Positions 23,339-35,522 of a stretch of DNA of 64,000 nucleotides are shown here, one piece after another. The translations under genes and the position numbers were made by a program. The DNA comes from Naegleria gruberi. Taxonomy: Eukaryota. Position 1 is the stretch's first letter. Every line of letters begins with the position of its first letter. The stretch lies in NCBI GenBank assembly GCA_000004985.1, contig GG738857.1; one strand, given 5' to 3'. Under the pieces are notes generated by a model. The model ran no database searches and was not told the origin of the DNA. It saw only the letters and a list, made by a program, of their open reading frames with translations.

Positions 23339-26227
23339 TTACTTTTTTACAATAATTGTACTTCCTTGTTCTTCCTCTTTCTTTGTCAACTTGAGAAGTA
23401 CACTCTTTGGAAGGAATTTGAGAGCACCATCTCTGACCATTCTTTTAACTCCTGATTTTGCTAGATAAACATCCACACCTTCCCAAACAGTCTTCTTTTG
23501 AACTGTTTTAATTCTTTCTTGCATTGCATTTTCATACTTTTCAAAAGCTTGTTGTAAGCAACTATCGAAATAAATACTCTTCTCCAATGGGATTGTATGT
23601 AAATTATCTTCACCTTCTGTCGAGGCATGGGTTTCTAAAACATTTCTCAATTCCAAAGCAAGAGTTTTAGCAGCAACAATGGCCAAAGCACCACCTTTAC
23701 CACTCAATGGAGTACAAGCTTGACAAGCATCACCAACTAGTACGCATTTGCCCTTGTACCAATTGTCTAAATTTCTAATTTGAGCCAAATCGTCATAGTA
23801 AATGATTCTGCTATCAAAAACGAGATCCATAATGTCGTGGAATAAGAATCCACAATCATCAAACTTGTTCTTTAAGAAATTCTTTCTATCTTCAGCTGAA
23901 ATAAAGAAAGTCTTTGAGTGGTGTGACTTTTCAACCTTTTTCTTCTTTTGTTTCTTTTCTGATTTTTCATTTGGAGACTTTTCGTCATTGCTTGTTGGTG
24001 AACTGCTGCTGTTGTTTGAGTTTGGAGTAACACATTTTTCTTCCAAGTTTTGGACGCTTGCTGATTCTCTGTTGGCCATCGACTCGTTAACCATTTCCAT
24101 AAAAGCTTCAGCAATTTCCTCATCCTCTTCCTCCATTACTTCCTCATGATCTTCAGAGCTGTCACTTGAGTGAGTAACTGATCTTTGATCGTCATTGTCA
24201 TGATGATCTTCAAACTTGTTAATGTCGAATGAGTAGAAATGATTTGTTAAAGATGAAGCAGATGAAGATGGATCTTGAGCCAAGTCATTCTTGATTGGAG
24301 ATTCGGTATGTTTTCTAAATAGAGAAAATCTCTTTCTCCACTTTTCATGAGTTGAAGGTGATTTGCTATCATTTGGTGAATCAATAAGTGCATCATCTAC
24401 AAATGATTTACTCTTACTGACAGTGTAACTTGAGCTTTCTTTCAACATGTCCTCTTCTTTTGGTTGTCTGTACACCAATGATACTGAAAGCTTGTTACCA
24501 TACCTCAGCACATTCATATAACGTCCATGATTTAACAAAACTGAGCTAGATTCTCCATCTTTGATTAACTCGGCAAGTTTCTTAGAAACTTCTTTCATTT
24601 TGGCAATTCTGTCGGGTGTCAATGGTTCTAATCCCTTAATTCCACTAATTTGTGTTGGGTCAAAAGATTCTGTCGACTTCTTCTCCGATCCATAAACATT
24701 ATTCCAATACTTTTCACTCACTTGTTGCTCATCTGCCTCTGTCAAAATCATGTCAACAATAAAGCAAAAGTATCCAACTCCCAAAAAATGTTTAAAATTG
24801 CTCTCATCACCAAAGATTAGTGCTCTAGTTTGACTGTGAATACCATCAGACCCAACCACTAGATCATATTCTTCTCTTTCTATTTGATATAATTTACGAT
24901 CTTCTGTCGATTGATAAACTGAACTCTCAAACGAATCACCTTCATTGAAAGTTACAAGTAAATCATTCATTGAAGTTCTCTTTGGATCATTGATAGTATT
25001 CAATGGAGCAGACATTGGACTACCTTCAAGTAAAATGTTACTTGAACTATCGGACTTGGTTTTTTGTGATGGAGATTGAGCATTTGATTCCTTCTTTTGG
25101 AAAAATCTTCTCCAACCTGCTGATTCCTTTCCTGCACTGTTTGGTGTTGCAATTTCTGCTGGTGTTGTTGTTGAGCTCTTTTTCATTGCTTCCTCTTCCA
25201 TTTGTTGCAAATCTCCTGAAGAACCAGTTGACTTTCTCTTGTGAAGTTTTGAAAGTCTATTAGTAGGACTATCCTTCCTTTCTAAATTTGAAATATCATT
25301 CAAAATTCTAGTATTAAGTGGTGAATTAACACTACAAACTGAACTTGATCTCTTCATTTGAATATTTTCTTGTTGTTCCTTTTGATATTGTAAATGCAAC
25401 CAATCATTCTTATTCATTAGAGTAACTTCAATCTTTTCCTTGTTAAATAAACTTGGTCTCATACTGTAAATTACTCTATTCATCTTGAAATGTTTATCAT
25501 CGGAAAGTTCATCATCTGAAGAAGGTGTTGAACTATTCGAATGTAAATTAGCATTGGAAAGAATGGTTAAATTTCCATCTCGTCGGACTATTAATGGTTT
25601 AATTCTCTTCATTAAAATCTCATGAAATTTATGTCTTTCATATCTTCTACCTTCTTCTTTATATTTAATAACTGAAGATTCATCAAAACTTCTTACGTGA
25701 CGTCCATTCTTGGTGTAGAAATGTTGTTTGGATCTTGGAATTTCAATTTGATGGAGCTCTTCTTCTAGATTCATTTCTTTGAGAGCTCTTATAACTTGTT
25801 CTCCTTCTAGTGTTATGATGGCACCTACTTGTCTATAGTTTGAAATTATAATAGGACTTTCGAATAAATTATTTGAAACTTACCTATACACTGAAGCCTT
25901 CTCTACAATAGTAATTTCGATTGGTAAATTGTTGTGTTTATGACTCAATGAATGAAGTAAATAATAGGAAAAGACTAAACCTGCAAAACCTCCTCCACTC
26001 ACTAACACTTTATAGGTATGATGACTATTCGAATGATGATTCGAATGATGTTTATGATTATTTTGTTGAGAAATCAATGACGATGAACGTCCATAAGAGA
26101 AAAAGTAATTATTATCCTGTTGTTGATTTGTAGATGGAGGTGATTGTGAAGATGATGAATTTTCCTCATCATCATTATCTCCAAAATATCTATGAGTGCT
26201 GATATCTTGATTGTTGGAAAGCATCAT
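23339..26227 (-). CDS. FAD-dependent monooxygenase (PHBH/salicylate-hydroxylase fold) with very large low-complexity insertions, 2 exons
   Basis: Exon 1 (26227-~25889): dinucleotide-binding YKVLVSGGGFAGLVFSYYL...IVEKASVYR. Intron ~25839-25888 (gtaagtttc...ctatag). Exon 2: QVGAIITLEGEQV..., DLVVGSDGIHSQTRALIFG (GxDGxxSxxR motif) and GKCVLVGDACQACTPLSGKGGALAIVAAKTLALEL (GDAxH/GQG-like region). The motifs are separated by hundreds of Ser/Asn/Glu-rich residues. Confidence 0.7.
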
Positions 26228-26935
26228 TGTGTGGCAGTAAAATTATGTGTGTTATCTGATTGTTGTTGTTGTTGTGTGTTGAATGAGTTTTGGCTTTTTT
26301 TATGAATTGTTTTCAAAGCAATGAAACGAATTTTGCTCTTTTATGGAAATTTTAAAAGGAAGGCTTGAACAGCTTTTTTGTGTAGTCCTTTATGGTGTAC
26401 CACTTGCCTAATGTTTGTCAAATATTAAAAATAGTGCTGCAGCAGAGTGGTGTTTTGTATTTCTCCAATTTACCATCGATTTGATTTTTGCAATTTGATT
26501 GAATTTTGGGATTATGAATCTACGGTTTTTAAAAAAGTACAAAATGAATAAAATCGAATATTACTCGAGCGGTTTTTTGTGCACCATTTTAAATAAAAGA
26601 ATCTTCTTTTGGCTGGCTGGAATAGTAAATAATAAAATACTGCTATGGAGCGAAAGAATGGGATATCAGAAATTGTGTAATTTTAGAAACCATTTCCAAG
26701 ATGAGATTCTTTATTTCAAATTGAAGATTATACTAATATATTAAATGTGCACCTAACTACAGCTCAATGTTAATAATTTTAAAAGAGTTTGAAAAACAAA
26801 GATTTCAAAGTGATAAGAATAGAGTTGAACAACAGAAAATTGTAAACAAGTAATTCCACCTCATCATCCTTGTCATCATGGACTCAACGATGTAATAAAA
26901 ATCATGAAAAATTATAGAGATGAACTTTAAAAAAA

Positions 26936-28859
26936 ATGCTCAACAATAGAATCATCCCTACCACTCCCTACATTAATCCAAAACTTAATTATGGTGCTGC
27001 TGTTATAGCAAATTTACATCTTGATCAAGTTGTAGAAGTGAAGGGATCGCATTGGTATTGTGATCCATCCGTTGTAACAAAAGAAAAGATATTCGGACCT
27101 ACAACAACTCTTCAAGTTGGTGGAATGGACGCCATTGATACTGCTTTTGTTAAAAGTGTTCAAAATTCAATGTTTTTCCGATTTGATCTTGATGATGAAT
27201 TTGTAGTCAATAGAAATTATTCGCTAATTATTAATGGAAATACTTTACAAGTTGATAAGGAACTTGTTTGTAAATATTCAAGTGTATTGAAACAATTAAT
27301 TGATTCGTCTTCATCATCGGAAGTTGTGATTGAAGAGAGTCAAGGTGAATATTTACAACATGTATTAACATTTATTCATGAAGGAAAGTTAGGTGTTGAA
27401 TCATCTAAATTCTCCTCTCAACAAGATGCTGGATTGATCAATTTGAAACAATTAATAGAATTGATTAAAATAGCAGACAAGTATCAAGTTGAAAGTTTAT
27501 TAGTAGAAATTGCAAATATTGTTAATGATATGATTGCCATGATTATTATTGAGAAATGTAAAACTATTTCAAATGAGGGCAAGAAGATAGTATTTGAAAA
27601 GTGTTATGAATTTATTGGATTCAATCCAGCAAGTGTTGTTGCTGCTAAAGTTTACAATGACCAACCAATTATCACAAACTTTTTAGAAGATTTCAGGATA
27701 AAGATGCAAGAACTTCAATTAGCTTCAGAAGATATGATTATTGATTATTTATTCTCAGAAAATGGATATGATGTCAATGTTGATATTACAAACAACAAGA
27801 AGACTTTTGCTAAAATGATTGGTGCCCTAAAAACCGATGCATCATTGATTGCCTTTTCTGAATTGGATGCTGAAACATTGATGGGAATTTTGGGTAGCAA
27901 GTTTTTATCAATGAAAACTGAAGTATTATTGAGCGTTCTTGTAGGATGGTATTTAGCTGATACTAGTAGACTTGAAGATGCATGCAAATTTTTATTAGCA
28001 AACGATTGGAGTGATTGCGAAAGAGAAGCTTTTAACCTATTATTTTACAATATTTTCATATTTGGAGCTAAAAAACATGAAAATACTGAACTGTTGGACA
28101 AACTTAGAGATAAGCTCAGCCAAAATATGTTCAAGAAAGAAAATGTTATGGGTGATGAGTGGCATGTTTACAATGAAAATAGACCACCAAGATCAGCTTA
28201 TCGTAATAACTCTGGAGATTTGAGAGTTTTATTGCTTGGATTGGATGCTTCAGGAAAGACCTGCATCTTATACATGATGAAATTAGGAGAAAGAATTACA
28301 ACAGTAAGTAATTAGTCGCTTTGCAAGTTTTTGAATGTTTGTGAAGATTCCAACAATTGGTTTCAATGTGGAAACAGTGAATAGTTGTGGAAAGAATTTA
28401 ACTGTTTGGGATGTTGGTGGCCAAGATAAGATTCGCCCATTGTGGAGACACTATTATTCCAACACCTCAATTGTCATGTTTGTTGTTGATGCTTGTGACA
28501 GAGAAAGATTTGAGGATGCTTGTGATTGCATTCAAAGACTTGGATCAGAAGATGATTTGAAGGATTGTACCATTTTGGTATTTGCAAACAAGATGGATTT
28601 ACCAAATAGTGCCTCTATCAAAGAAATTGTTGAAAAATTAGAATTGAATAGATTGAAAAATCCAAATTGGATGGTTCAAGGTTGCAGTGCAACTCAAAAC
28701 ATTGGTTTAGAGGAGGGTTTCAAACTTGTAATTAAGGCTCACCAATACCAATCCCAGAATACTGCTGTTATTGAACAGTTGACCTCTCAAGAACATGAGA
28801 AGCCACCAAGAACCACTACTCACTTTGGACTCTTTGAACCTAAATTTAACACATTTTAA
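26936..28859 (+). CDS. BTB/POZ domain - Arf/Arl-family small GTPase fusion protein, 2 exons
   Basis: Exon 1 26936-28303: BTB-like (DDEFVVNRNYSLIINGNTLQVDKELVCKYSSVLKQLIDSS...YLQHVLTFIHEGKL) and Arf P-loop start LLLGLDASGKTCILYMMK. Donor gtaagt at 28304. Exon 2 28347-28859: IPTIGFNVETV, WDVGGQDKIRPLWRHYY, LVFANKMDL, CSAT (G1-G5 Arf motifs). Confidence 0.75.
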
Positions 28860-28964
28860 TTAAAAAAATTATTGTATAATACATTTGGTTTTTTTATCAA
28901 TTATGTTAATTTTCCATAAAAGCTCTATGGATTATCCTACTGAGCTTGTTGTCACTTTCCAAAA

Positions 28965-29273
28965 ATGTGTATTTTCCTTTTTCAGATGAAACCTCAAATT
29001 CTTTCATTCTTAACCAGAGAAAACATTCCAACAAGAAAAAAAAACACAAACATGAAATTCCCATTCAACACAAGTGGTACTCGTTCAACCACAACAACCA
29101 CCACCAACACAACAACCATTGTAAACAATCCAAATACAGTAAGAATGTCAATTGACCAACCGATTAGTGATTTAGATAGAAGAGAAATGATTGGTTTAGA
29201 TGATGTCGAGGATATTCATTCTGCTCTCATCTTTGAAAACATTCCTCGCAGACGTTTCAGTTTCCAAAAATAG
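28965..29273 (+). CDS. Possible small Thr-rich protein with basic C-terminal RRRFSF motif
   Basis: ORF with internal ATG at ~29051 (MKFPFNTSG...IPRRRFSFQK). Lies between convergent genes. No domain recognised. Could be noise. Confidence 0.25.
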   Translation: MCIFLFQMKPQILSFLTRENIPTRKKNTNMKFPFNTSGTRSTTTTTTNTTTIVNNPNTVRMSIDQPISDLDRREMIGLDDVEDIHSALIFENIPRRRFSFQK

Positions 29274-29533
29274 AAAATATCATTTTATTTATTGTAAATA
29301 TATCAACCAACTATTAAACTATTATATCAATTACAAAAGAATTTCAAAATTGCATTCCACAAAAAATCTGTTGTAACTAAAATGGTAGCCACCTCTGACT
29401 CAATCTTGCAACCCTAGACCAATAAATTTGTTATATTATTAGAAATGGATCTCATTCCAATTCACAAACTTCACAAGCCTTTGAATTCTTTGAAAAAAAA
29501 GCCTTCAACAAAACCTTTGCATCTACTTTTCAA

Positions 29534-31756
29534 ATGGTAAAGAAAAGAATCAGCAACAAGAATGAAGAGAAGGACGACCTTCTTGATGCGAACTCCGGAG
29601 AGGATGCAATAACTTCGGAATCATCAACTATAGCATCTGCTGTTAGTAGTACAATGCAACAACAACAAGTAGACAATAACAATATGCATCATCGTAAACT
29701 TGCATTGGAGGAGGATGAATCATGCAATACTAATTCTCATCATCATGCTAATGATTATTCCAAGCAAGTAGTAGAAGATTCAGAACAAGAAGGTACTTTG
29801 AATGCACAAGGTGTGAATGATGAGACTGATCATGCACAAGTAGCAATTTCTAATAATCAAATACAGAATGAAGTGACTAGTAATGAAGTGAATATTCCTG
29901 ATGGCATGACTAGAAAGCAAAGAATTATAAATCACTTGAAAATGGGAAAGAATGAGCTGATTCAAGTTTTAAAATTATGTTGGCCTGCTGTTGTGATGAA
30001 TGTTTGTTTTCAATTACTTGGTTTGGAAAGTTTGTCTTTTATTGGACATATTACTTTGGAGGATAATGAAATTCCAGGCATTACTAAGGATAAAGTTGGT
30101 GAATTGTATATGGCAGCAGCATCTTTGGGAAATTCATTCTTTTTCTGTATGTTTATTTAACATTTTCATTTTAATTTTCAACTATTTCTAAAATAGGTCT
30201 TGGATTTGTAATTGTTGGATTAATTCATGGTCAAGATACACTCGTTTCACAGGCGGTTGGTGCTAAAAATTTCATTAGAGCTGGTCACGTTTTAGCACGA
30301 TCCCTACTTACCATTCTATTGTGTTCAATTCCAATTTGTGTAGCATTGTGTTTTGCTAATTATTCTCTCTATTGGATGAATCAGGAAAAAGTTTTGGTTG
30401 ATCTAGTTGGAAATTATTTAAGAATTTTAACACCTGGTATGATTCCATTTGTGGTTTGTGAGGCATTGTCTCTGTATTTAATTGCTCAGAATATTTTAAT
30501 GCCAAATGTCATTATTTGGATTATTTCTGTAATTATTAATTTTGGATTGAATTGGTTATTAGTTTTTGGATTTGGATTTGATTCTCTTGGATTTGTAGGA
30601 GCTCCAGTAGCATTAACCATTACAAGATATATCATGTTGGTCATGTACATTGTATTTATTTATTTCAAAGGTTATATGAAAGAAACATGGAAAGGATTTA
30701 TTGATATTAAGGCTGTTTTTAAATGGGATGGATTTAAGGAATATTTGAAATTGGCTCTTCCAGGTTCTGTCATGTTAGCAGTAAGTAATTATTCTATTCT
30801 CAAAACAAATTTGAAACATATTGATATGAAGGCTGAGGTTTGGGGATTTGAGTTATCAACAATTACTTCCTCCTTCTTAGGACCAACTGCATTGGCATCC
30901 CATAGTATTGTTCTTAATATTTGTGCCTTGACATTTATGGTTCCTTTATCAATCGCTACTGCAACAGCCATCAAAATTGGACAATATATGGGTGGTAGAG
31001 AACCAATCAAAGCCAAATATACATCTTATGCATCAATGGTCTTCTCAGGATTATTCATGTTCTGTTCTGGAACTACATTGGCCATATGTAGAGAGTGGAT
31101 TCCACAAATTTACACACAAGATGCTGATATTATTTACAATGCTTCCATTATCTTCCCATTGTGTGCTCTCTTCCAATTCTTTGATGGTGTTCAAGCAATT
31201 GCTGGAGCTACCATTAGAGGTGTCGGCAAGCAAATTGTTGGTGCTGCCAGTACTCTCATTGCTTATTACGTAAGTTGTTCACACAATACTATTACTAATT
31301 CCTGCAAATTTAAAGATTATTGGTTTACCTATTGGAGCTGTATTAGCCTTTGTTGCTGGTTGGGGACTTGTTGGTATTTGGTCTGGATTAGCCATTGCTC
31401 TCTTCTCTGTATTTGTTGGCATGTTATTGTTCATTCGTTTTAGAATTAATTGGGAGAAGGAAGCAGAGGTTGCCTACAATAGAGCAACAACAAAAACATC
31501 AGAAGGATCTTCATCAGTAGAACTGGAAGCAACAGCAGCAGATGAATCAACAACAAGCAACAAGATGATGACAACACAAGTAGAATTGGAGGAAGGAAGA
31601 GTGGATGAAGAAAACAAGGCTGTTGTTATTGATGGTCAAGCAGAAGATTCTAGTGTATCGCCATCTTTGGAAGAAGATGAGGACTATTCAAGAGTGAATA
31701 GCAGAGTAAATTTACTGCAGAGCACGAGCACAGTTGCGCTGGAGGATGAAGAATAA
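29534..31756 (+). CDS. MATE (multidrug and toxic compound extrusion) family transporter, 4 exons
   Basis: Exons ~29534-30146, 30197-30780, 30832-31269, 31316-31756. Donors gtatgt, gtaagt, gtaagt. Phase checked. N-terminal hydrophilic extension, then LKLCWPAVVMNVCFQLLGLESLSFIGH, GLIHGQDTLVSQAVGAKNF, VMLA|AEVWGFELSTI. 12 predicted TM helices. Acidic C-terminal tail. Confidence 0.8.
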
Positions 31757-31967
31757 CATTTTTATTTGATTTTAAAACTAATTTTTAATATTTTAATTGT
31801 TCAAGTAAGATCGAATGGTTCATTCCCAAGAACGAAAAATTGTGTGATAAAAGAGAAAATTTATACATTTATAAATTAATCGTTAACCTTGTTCAAAAGT
31901 TGTCATTCTCCCCCGCAGTTCTATTGTAGTTTTTTGGCGCCAATACAAATACAAATATTTCAAAAAA

Positions 31968-33826
31968 ATGGCTTCTCTTTCTGCTTCAGCCTCATCAAAA
32001 AGTTTAACGGGAAACAACAAGCAAAGTTCCGAAGATCATGTCTGGATAAATGGTTTGTATTGTATTGTATAAGAATATGAATTAATTGTTCTTCTTTAGC
32101 TTGGTATGATCCTCTTGCTTCCGTTACCTCTCTTTCACAATGTATGATGTTTTCTGATATTAATGGTGATGGAGACTACAAACTTGTGGTAGCTACTGCA
32201 AGTAAGAATCCCTTAGAAAGTAAAAAGACAAAACAAGCTCACAGATTGAGAGTCTATAAAGGTACTGGTATTATCAGCGAAAATGTTTTAATGGAGGAAC
32301 CTATTGCACTCGCTTCCTACTACACTGACTACTCATCACCTAAAAGACCTATGATTGTCGTCGCAAGTAGTAATCACATTTACTATTACAAAAACCTACA
32401 ACCATTCTACAAGTTTACTATGCCGGCAAAGACTACAGAAGAAAAGGAAGTGGAAATTTGGCAATATTTAAAGGAATCTAAATATGATGCCAAGACTGGT
32501 TACGCTGAATTAGCAAGACTTAGAGATCATAATATTACTCTTAGTACAAGGAGTTACGAACTTCTTTCTCTTACATCAAATGAAGATATTAAGGCGTTCA
32601 TTGATACCAGGAAAAATTTTGCCTTGGAGAGTCCAAATAATATTACAACTCTATCAATTCTTCCAAAAGACAGAGAAGGAGATGACGCAATTGGATGTCC
32701 AGTTGTCGGTACAGAGAGCGGAATAGTTTTTATCTTAACTCCCCAAGGATCACAAATCATGAAAGCTGTTCAATTGCCTTCAGCACCTGTAAAATTTTGT
32801 ATTGCTGGTAACTATGATAGTGATTATAGAATTACAGCAGCATGTAGAAATGGAAATGTATATACCATTAAAAATGGAGAAGTGAGTGGCGTGGTTATTG
32901 AGTTGGAATCTCATCCAGTTTCTATTGTAAAAATAGACAAAACTTTTGCTATTGGCCTTATGAACAATAGTATTCATTGCTACAATACAAGAGGAAAGAA
33001 ACAATACTCTATCTATTTACCATCTAATATTAAGGACATGGAAGTTCTTGAAATGAGAGGCCAACGTAGTGTGAAATGCATAATAGTAGCTATGGAGAAC
33101 AAGGAATTGAGAATTTATAATGGTAAAAATTTGGTAAATAGGATTGAATTATTTGAAAATATTGCCAGTCTCAGATATGGAATATACGGATCTGAGGTTA
33201 ATAGTTTAATCATTTCTTATAGAAATGGCGGTCTTGATTTTAAAGTTATCTCAAGAAAGGCAAGTTTGGAGAGCAAATCCAAAACTGGTCCACCACCAGA
33301 ACAGGAAGAGCCTTTGGATTTACCCTCCAAGACTTTCCTTTATTTGGAACAAACAAAGAGAGAAGTGGATTATTGCTCTGAAATGCATAATGTTTTCCAA
33401 AAAGATTTGGCAAGAATTAGACTTCACACTGCGAGGGCATATGTTAAAATTTTGACAGATGGCCAAGGTCCATTATCTTACACTTCCGGATCCTCTATTC
33501 GCTTGACGGCCCAAGTGCAAGGACTAGGTCCAAAGTTTAAGATTAATATTGAGGTTCAGAATACTGGCAAAAAGTCAATTTCCCAGTTATTCATTCTATT
33601 TGTTTTTAATGAAGATCTTTACTCGGTGGAGGGTGATGCAAGAAGATTGCTTCTTCCTCCTCTTCTTCCAGGACCAGTATACAGATTTAGTAAGGCAGTA
33701 ACCATGCTTGATCCTTTAGTTGCCCCAGAAACAATGAAATTATATGTTTGTAGTAAGGAGAGTCAAACACCTGTAATAACTGCTGTTGTAAATATGCCAC
33801 CAACAGAAATGATTGAATTAGTATAA
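31968..33826 (+). CDS. BBS1: Bardet-Biedl syndrome 1 protein (BBS1, BBSome subunit) homologue, 2 exons
   Basis: Exon 1 31968-32052 (MASLSASASS...HVWIN, donor ggtttgt), exon 2 32100-33826. Collinear with metazoan BBS1: HVWINAWYDP vs WLDAHYDP, DGDYKLVV, YYYKNLQPFYKFTMP vs YVYKNLRPYFKFSLP, AACRNGNVYTIKNGE vs AACRNGNIYILRRD, GPPPEQE, HNVFQKDLARIRLHTARAYVKIL vs [40 protein letters not shown] vs QGLGPTFKLTLHLQNTS. Confidence 0.85.
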
Positions 33827-34274
33827 ACTTTTTATTAATAATTTGAAACTCTATAATTGCCATTTTACCAGAGAATATTACGATTAATTGAGATATGGAA
33901 ATATCATGATTTAACTTCGCAAGCCATAATGTTCATGATCTTAGAATTCTTTTAAATTCACGGTTTTGTTTTTTGGAGTGCTCCCAAAAAGTCATTCTGC
34001 AAACATTGTGATTTCTTCCCAGTGCTCTGTGGAAGCAAAATAGATGTTAATTTGGTTTGGAATCTTTAGTAAGGGTGTTGAAACAACTCAAAAAGCTCTC
34101 TAATTTTAAAAAAAAACCACTGCTAAAATATTTGGGCCCCTAAAGATTCCAAACCAAATTAATATTTATTTTGATGGAATCATTCTTGAGAAGTGATACC
34201 ATCATTCCATTAGAGTGGGTCCAGTCTTTGTGCTATTCTTTGAATCCAAATTTTGAGGAGAAGGACAAATCAAA

Positions 34275-35500
34275 TTGATAAAAATTCTACCATGGCATTC
34301 CTGTGTCAAAAGTGAATTGACGAGTCAACAAAAAATGCGTAAATCAACATCTGAAAAAACTCTTCCAGAAACAATCAACATAAAAAACCCATCCGAAGAT
34401 GAAAAATCCACTCTCCAACAACAAGATTGGTTTTGTGAATTAGTTTCAACCTACACAGAGCACAAGATAAACGCACTTGAGAAGGAAAATCAAAACCTAA
34501 TCCAAAAGTTGTTGGCTCTAACAGTTGATCAACGCTATATTAAATTTCTTGAATCTATTCCTTCATTGATGCAAAAACAACAAGAGCACAACAAACAAGG
34601 AAACTCTGACAATGAGTACAAAAAGTTAAACGAGAAGCTTGATGAAGTAATTGATGATTATGAGGACGTCAAGAGGAAATTAAAAAAAGCAGAAGAGAAT
34701 GCAAAAAAACCAAAGATGCTTTTGTTGAACAGCACTATTATAATGAAGAGAATATTAAAGAAATCACCAGGAAAGAAGAGAAGGTACGTGAAGAATTGGC
34801 TACCTTGAATGGAAAGTACCTTTATGAAAAGGAATCGTTCTTGAAACAAGTGTCCGAGTTAACAAAAGAAAGAGATCAACTAAATGATCAAATTTCAATT
34901 TACAAAACTCGAAATGATCCTGCCTTGCTGATGAATGACTTTTCTGATAACACAGTCAAAAAGATACATGATGAATATGTCACTTTGAAATCACACGATT
35001 TGAATTCTTTTGTGGGAAGAGTAGTTGAAGAACATTCATTAAGTGAAGATCAGGAATTTGATTTTGATTTAAAAATTGTTGCATTTGCATTCAAAACAGT
35101 CCGTAAACTCATTGAAGAAACCTATTCTGAAATGAATTTCGAACTAATTGGCAAGAAACTTACAAATGAAGAATCAGAAAGAAACCGCCTTATTGAAACC
35201 CTCGTCCAGACAATTGCAAAAATGGAAGAAATTGGAAAGAACAAGAAATTACAACAAGCTGCCAGAGAATTTATAACCAAACTCGTGAAATTCTATTGTA
35301 ACATGTTTCTCATTGATAAGAAGCTTGAATTGGTTTGGGCTTCAACTGGATCTCTCTACAATCCTGAATGGTACGATTCAAGAAATGCAACCAGTAACAT
35401 TGTAGTCACTAATGTTTTCAAACCTGCTCTCATGGACACATTCACCAAAACAGTCTACGAAAAAGGAATTGTTGAAACTACCCAAAAAAGGAAAAAATAA
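34275..35500 (+). CDS. Coiled-coil protein, member A of a lineage-specific family with conserved C-terminal domain; contains an apparent 1-nt frameshift
   Basis: ORFs 34275-34808 and 34796-35500. The good protein sequence switches frame inside an A7 run at ~34703-34709 (…KAEENAKK | DAFVEQHYYNEENIKEITRKEEKVREELATL…). C-terminal domain RNDPALLMNDFSDNTVKKIHDEY...LVWASTGSLYNPEWYDSRNAT...KPALMDTF is shared with the genes at 38801-40422 and 40567-41778. Confidence 0.55.
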
Positions 35501-35522
35501 CAATTATTACCTATATCAATAT

